The notes under the pieces were generated by a model. That model saw nothing but the letters and a program-made list of their open reading frames with translations, was not told the origin of the DNA and made no database searches. The translations under genes and the position numbers were made by a program. Below, in pieces: positions 1 through 5,416 of a stretch of 11,667 nucleotides of DNA. Origin of the DNA: Candidatus Nanopusillus sp. (GTDB taxonomy: Archaea; Nanobdellota; Nanobdellia; Nanobdellales; Nanobdellaceae); the NCBI GenBank assembly GCA_046536775.1, contig JAWDMD010000015.1, positions 1 through 11,667 on the forward strand, written 5' to 3'. Numbering within the stretch: the first letter of the stretch is position 1; each line of letters opens with the position of its first letter.

Positions 1-649
1 CAGATCCTCCACTTCCTATATTGTTTAATGGGAATAGGTATGTTCCATTATTATATAACAAAAATACATAATTTCCATTATCATATTGCCCATATGTTGA
101 TGATAAATAAGGAGCTTCTCCCACATAAGGATAATATTGTTGATAATAATTGGCACTACTATTTCCTATATACATATATATTGTTATATTACTATTAGCA
201 GGTATACTATTTGGTAAATTCAACCACCACACATCACAGTAAGTATTACCATTAATAAATTGACCTTCATACCATGAATATAGCATATTTCCAGAACTAT
301 TTACAAAATAAACATTTTGTCCATTTGAATCTACTTCATTAAATAATGTTGCATTATTTACATATGCAAAATTATTACCAATATTTATACTTCCATTACA
401 TATTGCTATATCTTGTTGAAATGGAGATGGAGTTGGAGTATTTTGCGTATTTGATATCAATATAGGATATACACCAGAATCTGATGCAGCAACACAATAA
501 TATAAATTTGCTGTAGTTAGTGTTATACTCTTAGCTGCGGCACTATTACTTCCAGCAACATCTGCTCCGACCTGCGAATATATATTAGATGTAGAAATTA
601 ATAATAGAAAACTTATTATAGCAAAATATAATATTCTTTTTATTCCCAT
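1..649 (-). CDS. Secreted surface protein, N-terminal 216 aa only (3' end runs off the window); DUF2341-like domain probably followed by a lectin/LamG-type region
   Basis: Hand translation of the minus strand from ATG 649..647 is stop-free to position 2. It starts MGIKRILYFAIISFLLLISTSNIYS/QVGAD, a Sec-type signal peptide. The segment GQNVYFVNSSGNMLYSWYEGQFINGNTYCDVWWLNLPNSIPANSNITIYMYIGNSSA matches the DUF2341 pattern (D.rF.d.dG..L.ywiE.w......vWVk.p.i.a.s...iymYYGN..A). Absent from the ORF track because it is open-ended. Confidence 0.6.
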   Translation of the reverse strand, partial: MGIKRILYFAIISFLLLISTSNIYSQVGADVAGSNSAAAKSITLTTANLYYCVAASDSGVYPILISNTQNTPTPSPFQQDIAICNGSINIGNNFAYVNNATLFNEVDSNGQNVYFVNSSGNMLYSWYEGQFINGNTYCDVWWLNLPNSIPANSNITIYMYIGNSSANYYQQYYPYVGEAPYLSSTYGQYDNGNYVFLLYNNGTYLFPLNNIGSGGS

Positions 650-722
650 AAGATATTAGAAAACATTGCCCAATATAAGATTATGATTGTTAATAACCTT
701 AATCATTTATGATAATCGAACC

Positions 723-795
723 CGGGCCCGGGGGGATTCGAACCCCCGATCTTCGGGTTAAAAGCCCGACGCTTTACCAGCTAAGCTACGGGCCC
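723..795 (-). tRNA. tRNA-Lys (anticodon UUU), 73 nt, no intron, CCA not encoded
   Basis: Minus-strand read folds as a full cloverleaf: GGGCCCG TA GCTT AGCTGGTA AAGC G TCGGG CTTTTAA CCCGA AGATC GGGGG TTCGAAT CCCCC CGGGCCC G. Acceptor stem is 7/7 GC. D stem is 4 bp. Anticodon stem is 5 bp with loop C-U-UUU-A-A. T stem is GGGGG/CCCCC with a TTCGAAT loop. Confidence 0.93.
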
Positions 796-824
796 AACAA
801 TATTTAATTTATATTTATGATTTC

Positions 825-832
825 TATATAAA
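825..832 (-). promoter_or_regulatory. Putative TATA box for the tRNA-Lys gene
   Basis: Minus strand reads TTTATATA at -37..-30 relative to the mature tRNA 5' end, followed by further A/T (ATAAATATAAAT at -23..-12). Position fits an archaeal TATA box if there is a short 5' leader. In sequence this AT-rich the call is weak. Confidence 0.3.
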
Positions 833-839
833 TTTTTCA

Positions 840-1526
840 TTAACCATATAATGATATATAGTTTATAGATCCATTGAAATATTGAAAATAATTTAAATAT
901 ACTGTTGGATAAATGTTCATTAATATGTTTGGAAGACCAATAATATTATTTCCATTATAAAGATATAGCATAGTATTATAATTATTTACAATTAAAAATT
1001 TTTCATTTGTATTTATATAAATACTAGAATTTCCAATTAAATTAAAATTACAATATAAGTAGGTTCTCGTATATACAGTAAAAAAAGACGAACTTAGATA
1101 AACATTACAATTATAATATGCAGAATTATTTGTTATACTAATATTTTGTGTTGTTCCATATATATAAACTTGCAAAATAGATGATACATTTATATTAGAG
1201 TTCTGTATTATTTCTATATTGTTTGAACTCATATTATAAAAAAATTCTATACAATTATTGCAAATAAATGGATTTGTAGATAGAAAAATAACGTTTGGAG
1301 TATAATAATATGAAAAAGAAAAGTTTGTATAATTATATACTATTTGTGGATTATAAAATTGGGAAAAATAAAAAGAACTAGTATATAATTTCTGATATTC
1401 AGATATTTTATATAAACCAGAAGAATATTGAGATAACCCATTAACCATATCTTGATAAATATAAATTATAATGTATAAAAATACAGCAAGTGTAATTAAT
1501 ACTTCAATCCAACTTTGAGACCTCAT
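840..1526 (-). CDS. Type IV pilin-like exported protein with class-III-like signal, otherwise uncharacterised
   Basis: 228-aa ORF. The N-terminus MRS/QSWIEVLITLAVFLYIIIYIY has a short basic leader, a small residue at -1, Q at +1, E at +5 and about 20 hydrophobic residues, resembling type IV pilin / archaeal QxSxE (DUF361-type) signals. The rest is N/Y/S-rich with 8 N-x-S/T sequons. The ATG overlaps the stop of the upstream T2SSF gene in ATGA (1523-1526). Confidence 0.5.
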   Translation of the reverse strand: MRSQSWIEVLITLAVFLYIIIYIYQDMVNGLSQYSSGLYKISEYQKLYTSSFYFSQFYNPQIVYNYTNFSFSYYYTPNVIFLSTNPFICNNCIEFFYNMSSNNIEIIQNSNINVSSILQVYIYGTTQNISITNNSAYYNCNVYLSSSFFTVYTRTYLYCNFNLIGNSSIYINTNEKFLIVNNYNTMLYLYNGNNIIGLPNILMNIYPTVYLNYFQYFNGSINYISLYG

Positions 1527-2779
1527 ATTGTTACGTTAATGCTTTGTTTTTGTATATATTTTTCCTTATTATAATTTAATATTGCTTCTATAATATATGT
1601 ACCAGTGCTATTTAATTCAATAGACTGAGAATAATATCCGTTCTGTAATATTTGAAAATTCTGATAAACATAACTTCCAGATGAATTTATTACATATATC
1701 GCCAATGGGACATTTGTTATCGGTTGTGCATCAATATATCCATATACTTGTATATTTATTGGGGTGTATACATAAGCGGTTGTTGGAAAAACCTGTAAAT
1801 TAAATGATACAAAAGAAGGTAAAACAAAAATTATTATAGATAACAATCCTATTAAATTATTTATTGCTAAATGCTTTACTGAAGACCTTATTTTTCCGCT
1901 TTCGGCAATACCCATTATAATTGATGACGAAATTCCTACCAAAATTATTGATAAGGCTGTAATAAATTTTAACCACGAATAATTTATTGAAGAAGAAAAG
2001 AAATTGAATGATGTATGAATAGAGGAAGCCGAAATTTCACTTGTTATCAATGGTTTAATTGTACTTAATATAGAAATTGATAATCCAATAAATATAACGA
2101 ATATAGCGTATAAAACCAATATTTGTTGTGACACATATGCTTTCTTTAATCCATCTAGCTCCTTTACAGATTCTAGATCATTGTATAACCTTTTTAAAAC
2201 CTTTGAAATATCACCTCCCCCCTTATATGTTTCTAATATTACATAATTAATCATTTTTATGTTGGAGAGTTCTTCAAAATACATATTAAATAATGTAAAT
2301 GCTTTTTCAAATGGCATACCCCAGGCAATCCAATTATACAGTTTTTTAACTAAAATAGATAAATATCCTAAATCTACTGATGATAGATAGGATAAAGCAT
2401 CTAACAAGGTCATTCCAGATGACAAACTTTCAGACAAATAAGATAAAAAATATGTATAATTATTAGATATATTTTCGTATATTTTACTTTCAATATACTT
2501 GTAAAATAGATATGGAACTCCTCCCACAAGATATATAACTATTATTAATATTGAAGATGTTACATAATTTTCATATAATTTAAATATTATTCCAAATATT
2601 CCGATAATCAATGCAAACAAGATAGATATATACAATATAAATCTATCTTCCTTAACATATGAACCGAAAACATTTATCTCTTTATAATGTAAGGGATCTT
2701 TTATATTGAAAATCTGATCTATAAGGTTTTCAATCAAGCCTTTTTGATTTACCCTTTTATTATATGTATTAGCTATCAT
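1523..2779 (-). CDS. Type IV filament/archaellum-type membrane platform protein, single T2SSF domain (FlaJ/TadC/PilC family), with a C-terminal beta-rich domain
   Basis: The ORF track gives 1523..2803, but its first codon is TTG. The first ATG is at 2779..2777 (MIANTYNKRVNQKG...), which I prefer. T2SSF-like core: FLSYLSESLSSGMTLLDALSYLSS...MPFEKAFTLF...ILETYKGGGDISKVLKRLYNDLE, flanked by hydrophobic helices. The last ~93 aa (1526-1804) are a non-membrane, beta-strand-like domain. Confidence 0.75.
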   Translation of the reverse strand: MIANTYNKRVNQKGLIENLIDQIFNIKDPLHYKEINVFGSYVKEDRFILYISILFALIIGIFGIIFKLYENYVTSSILIIVIYLVGGVPYLFYKYIESKIYENISNNYTYFLSYLSESLSSGMTLLDALSYLSSVDLGYLSILVKKLYNWIAWGMPFEKAFTLFNMYFEELSNIKMINYVILETYKGGGDISKVLKRLYNDLESVKELDGLKKAYVSQQILVLYAIFVIFIGLSISILSTIKPLITSEISASSIHTSFNFFSSSINYSWLKFITALSIILVGISSSIIMGIAESGKIRSSVKHLAINNLIGLLSIIIFVLPSFVSFNLQVFPTTAYVYTPINIQVYGYIDAQPITNVPLAIYVINSSGSYVYQNFQILQNGYYSQSIELNSTGTYIIEAILNYNKEKYIQKQSINVTI

Positions 2780-2814
2780 TATACTTTTAATTTTGGATGT
2801 CAATATTTAAATAT
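2755..2814. promoter_or_regulatory. Interleaved divergent promoter region for the two T2SSF genes (putative TATA-like elements)
   Basis: ATG 2779 (minus) and ATG 2797 (plus) are 17 nt apart. TTTTATTATATG (2755-2766) lies ~36 nt upstream of the plus ATG, inside the minus gene. The perfect 12-nt palindrome ATATTTAAATAT (2803-2814) lies ~30 nt upstream of the minus ATG, inside the plus gene. Confidence 0.35.
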
Positions 2815-3663
2815 ATGGCAGGCATATTTGACCAATTTTTTAGTGGTATAGAAAAGGATCTATTAGTAATCAATTCTAAAGAAAACCCTTCTAGGTATAT
2901 ATATAAAGCTAAAATATATTCAATAGGAATATCTATATCTGCATCAATATTAACATTCTTTTCCTTTTTGATATATAATATAAAATTATATGGATCTCTT
3001 AATATAACTCTTCCATTAATATTAGGAATAGTTGTTGGTATCTTGGGGTTCTTTGGATCTATATTATTATTTAAGAAATATCCTTCAATAGAAAAACAGA
3101 ATAGAGCTAGAAAAATAGATAATTCTCTATATTATGCAGTACTATATATGGCTTCTTTAGTTTCTTCTAGTGCAACCCCAAAAGCATTATTTGAATTATT
3201 ATCAAAATATAGCGAATTTTCAGAAATAAAAAAAGAAGCATCTGAAATAATATACCTAATAGATACTGTAGGATTATCATTACCACTAGCATTAGAAAGA
3301 AAGGCAGAATATTCTCCATCAAAGAAATGGGCTTCAATATTAAATGGAATGAAATCTATAATAGTTGAAGGTGGAAATCTTGAAGAATATTTATATAATG
3401 AAGCTGAAAAATTATTCGATGAATATAAAAGAAAAATAATAGAATATTCAAACAATATGCAAATATTCTTGGAAATATACATAACATTAATAATTGTTGG
3501 AGTTATATTTGTAATTATATTAACTACATTAATGGGATCTATTTCTGGAACAAACTTTCAATATATAGAATTTATACAATTAATGAGTATATTAATAATA
3601 TTGCCAATGGGTACAGCGATGTTTATTATATTGCTAAAATCAATTAGTCCCTTTGAAACATAG
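2797..3663 (+). CDS. Type IV filament/archaellum-type membrane platform protein, single T2SSF domain (FlaJ/TadC/PilC family)
   Basis: 288-aa ORF. It has two N-terminal TM helices, then the cytoplasmic domain RKIDNSLYYAVLYMASLVSSSATPKALFELLSKYSEFSEIKKEASEIIYLIDTVGLSLPLALERKAEYSPSKKWASILNGMKSIIVEGGNLEEYL, which matches the archaeal FlaJ/TadC repeat pattern. C-terminal TM helices follow. An alternative in-frame ATG is at 2815. Confidence 0.8.
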   Translation: MSIFKYMAGIFDQFFSGIEKDLLVINSKENPSRYIYKAKIYSIGISISASILTFFSFLIYNIKLYGSLNITLPLILGIVVGILGFFGSILLFKKYPSIEKQNRARKIDNSLYYAVLYMASLVSSSATPKALFELLSKYSEFSEIKKEASEIIYLIDTVGLSLPLALERKAEYSPSKKWASILNGMKSIIVEGGNLEEYLYNEAEKLFDEYKRKIIEYSNNMQIFLEIYITLIIVGVIFVIILTTLMGSISGTNFQYIEFIQLMSILIILPMGTAMFIILLKSISPFET

Positions 3664-3692
3664 TTTAATTTTATCTTGGACTAATATTAAGA

Positions 3693-4331
3693 TTATATAT
3701 TCAAAATATTTTGGATCAATTGATTATCATTTATTACTTTAATTTCTCCATTTTCTAATCCTTTTTTAATTATATCTACAAAATTTCCATTCTCATATTC
3801 CAAATAATTCAAAATTCTTTCCGATATTGGATATGAAAGGTAAATTATCAACGTATCATTTATATTATTTATATATGAAATTGGTATATTTGTAATTCCT
3901 TTACTAGTAAATACAAAGGCTCCGCAAGAGTCACCTATACATAGTATAAAAGAATATTGTGGATATACTATATTTAATTTTGTATAATATAATTCATAAT
4001 TTTCCATATATAGAGAATTATTTAATAAAAAATTATCTACCTCGCTAACAAATTCTACAGAAGTGTTTGGATTACTAAAATTAAGATTTTTTTGATTAAA
4101 TACACCATTTATTGACATCTTAATTATATCATAAGTTGTTAAATTTAATTCATAATATCCAATTTCAGTTTCATTATCTGAAACATTATAAATATATGGT
4201 AATTTAAGAGAATATATCGGATAAAACAAATATCTATATATTATTGATGCCAGAATCATAACAATCGAAAATACTATTAAAAAAATCAAAATTTTATCTC
4301 TAATAGATGACCTCCTCAATATTCCTCTCAT
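3693..4331 (-). CDS. Hypothetical N-terminally membrane-anchored, probably extracytoplasmic protein
   Basis: 212-aa ORF. MRGILRRSSIRDK is followed by the hydrophobic helix ILIFLIVFSIVMILASIIY. The remainder is N/Y-rich with 7 N-x-S/T sequons and a CIGDSCG pair of cysteines. I recognise no family. The only ATG start (4331) overlaps the last 32 nt of ndk. Confidence 0.55.
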   Translation of the reverse strand: MRGILRRSSIRDKILIFLIVFSIVMILASIIYRYLFYPIYSLKLPYIYNVSDNETEIGYYELNLTTYDIIKMSINGVFNQKNLNFSNPNTSVEFVSEVDNFLLNNSLYMENYELYYTKLNIVYPQYSFILCIGDSCGAFVFTSKGITNIPISYINNINDTLIIYLSYPISERILNYLEYENGNFVDIIKKGLENGEIKVINDNQLIQNILNI

Positions 4332-4893
4332 AATTATAGATTTCTTCTGGCTTAAATATTACAGATATTTCTCTTTCTGCGTCTTTTTCTGTTTCTGATG
4401 CATGAACAACATTCCTTAAAACGATCTTATTCCAATTTGCATAAGCTATTGATACATGGGCATAATCTCCCCTAATAGTACCTGGTGGAGCTTTTAGAGG
4501 TTCTGTTGGTCCAACCAATTTTCTAACCTCTTCTATGCAATTAACACCTTCTAATACCATAGCAACTACTGGACTGGATGTTATAAAATCTATCAACCAT
4601 CCTCTTATTATACCTCCAATTTTCTTTGGATCATCAGTTCCAAATTCTTTTACAGGATCCAACCCCATTTCCTTATATCTTGTTATTGTCTTATTTCCAA
4701 CGCTTTCCAACCAGTTTTCATCTGCATAATAAAATTTTTCTGCTTCTTCTCTTGTTAACTTTATCATTTTTAATCCCATAATTTTTAAACCGGCTTTTTC
4801 AAATCTAGATATTATTTCTCCAACAATTCCCCTTTTAACACTGTCTGGTTTTAATACTACCAAAGTCTTTTGTATTAAATGTTTTCCGTTCAT
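4300..4893 (-). CDS. ndk: Nucleoside diphosphate kinase, long form with insertions
   Basis: 197 aa. NDK motifs present: TLVVLKPDSV.RG.VGEIISRFEKAGLKI.GLKM, SSPVVAMVLEG, EEVRKLVGPT.P..A.PGTIRGDY, and NVVHASE (catalytic His164, codon 4404..4402). The position after rps28e-rpl24e matches the conserved archaeal cluster. Confidence 0.9.
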   Translation of the reverse strand: MNGKHLIQKTLVVLKPDSVKRGIVGEIISRFEKAGLKIMGLKMIKLTREEAEKFYYADENWLESVGNKTITRYKEMGLDPVKEFGTDDPKKIGGIIRGWLIDFITSSPVVAMVLEGVNCIEEVRKLVGPTEPLKAPPGTIRGDYAHVSIAYANWNKIVLRNVVHASETEKDAEREISVIFKPEEIYNYERNIEEVIY

Positions 4894-5069
4894 GCTTTAT
4901 TATAAAAAGCTGTCCATTTTAGCTTTTTATTATCTCTCTTCATTTTCCAGTTTTTAATACACTTTCTTGAACAGAAATATAAAACAGTACCATTATTTAA
5001 TGCATATATTATTCCAGTACCTGGTTCTATTTCACTTCCACAATATGAACACTTGTTTTTAACGACCAT
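4890..5069 (-). CDS. rpl24e: 50S ribosomal protein L24e
   Basis: Not in the ORF track (59 aa). Hand translation: MVVKNKCSYCGSEIEPGTGIIYALNNGTVLYFCSRKCIKNWKMKRDNKKLKWTAFYNKA. It has the L24e zinc-ribbon pattern C-x2-C...C-x3-C and PGTG. The stop TGA overlaps the ndk ATG (ATGA, 4890-4893). The start lies 2 nt after the rps28e stop. Confidence 0.9.
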   Translation of the reverse strand: MVVKNKCSYCGSEIEPGTGIIYALNNGTVLYFCSRKCIKNWKMKRDNKKLKWTAFYNKA

Positions 5070-5071
5070 TT

Positions 5072-5365
5072 TTAATCTTTCTTTTCAATTGGCATGGCCG
5101 ATATTTCTGTCTCCCTTAATAATATTATATCTCCCTTCCTAACAGGTCCTATTACATTTCTCCTAATTATTTTTCCAGAATCTGGACCATCAAGTATTCT
5201 TATTATAACATGTGTAGCTTCACCTCTCATACCCGTTCTTCCAACAGTATCTAATACTTCTGCTTTATATCCTTTAGTCCATGTTACAATATTTTCTTTT
5301 ACAACATTTTCTTCAGCATTCCTTATACCTTCTTCACCTGTTTTTGATACAACTTTTCTAGGCAT
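5072..5365 (-). CDS. rps28e: 30S ribosomal protein S28e with ~30-aa N-terminal extension
   Basis: The C-terminal 65 aa, [53 protein letters not shown], match the S28e core (GRTG...V.V.IL.G.d.Gr...RNV.GPVr.GDil.L.EtEREA). The only in-frame ATG before the core is at 5365. Confidence 0.88.
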   Translation of the reverse strand: MPRKVVSKTGEEGIRNAEENVVKENIVTWTKGYKAEVLDTVGRTGMRGEATHVIIRILDGPDSGKIIRRNVIGPVRKGDIILLRETEISAMPIEKKD

Positions 5366-5416
5366 ATTGTAAGTAGTTGCAAAATAATTTTTAAATCTTT
5401 TATTAAAATATGTAAA
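5366..5416. promoter_or_regulatory. Shared divergent promoter spacer (rps28e operon / aglB operon)
   Basis: A 51-nt spacer separates ATG 5365 (minus) and ATG 5417 (plus). The A/T element AATTTTTAAAT (5386-5396, core palindrome TTTAAA 5390-5395) is ~25-28 nt from both start codons. That is the distance expected for an archaeal TATA box serving leaderless or near-leaderless transcripts. Confidence 0.4.

Noticed and set aside
680-718. Imperfect inverted repeat GATTATGAT...ATGATAATC downstream of the tRNA
   Set aside because: It has only 8 of 9 pairing positions, all A/T-rich, with a long loop. It cannot be distinguished from chance, and archaeal termination does not require hairpins.
721-732. 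12-nt GC palindrome CCCGGGCCCGGG, striking in AT-rich DNA
   Set aside because: It is largely explained by the tRNA-Lys. It comprises the 3' acceptor strand, the discriminator, the first bases of the T stem and a 2-nt (721-722) G-rich trailer. It is not an independent element.
650-840. tRNA-Lys as a possible integration site (attachment site) for a mobile element
   Set aside because: No second copy of the GC-rich tRNA 3' half occurs anywhere in the window, and no integrase, transposase or other mobile-element gene is present. Flanking genes are ordinary cellular genes.
2801-2803. TTG start codon implied by the ORF track for the 426-aa protein, overlapping the plus-strand gene start
   Set aside because: An in-frame ATG lies 8 codons downstream (2779) and avoids a 5'-5' coding overlap. 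TTG is retained only as a low-probability alternative.
3132-3482. 116-aa minus-strand ORF inside the 288-aa T2SSF gene
   Set aside because: It lies entirely antisense to a gene with clear family motifs. The product is low-complexity with no recognisable features, typical of a shadow ORF in AT-rich DNA.
2786-3672. 9-nt direct repeat TTTAATTTT at 2786-2794 and 3664-3672, bracketing the plus-strand T2SSF gene
   Set aside because: It is direct rather than inverted, so it would not mediate inversion. It is also short and pure A/T, so chance occurrence is expected in this composition.
4535-4729. 64-aa plus-strand ORF antisense to ndk
   Set aside because: Shadow ORF opposite a well-supported conserved gene, with no start context or motifs.
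5094-5372. 92-aa plus-strand ORF antisense to rps28e
   Set aside because: It covers almost exactly the rps28e coding region on the other strand. S28e motifs are unambiguous, so this is a shadow ORF.
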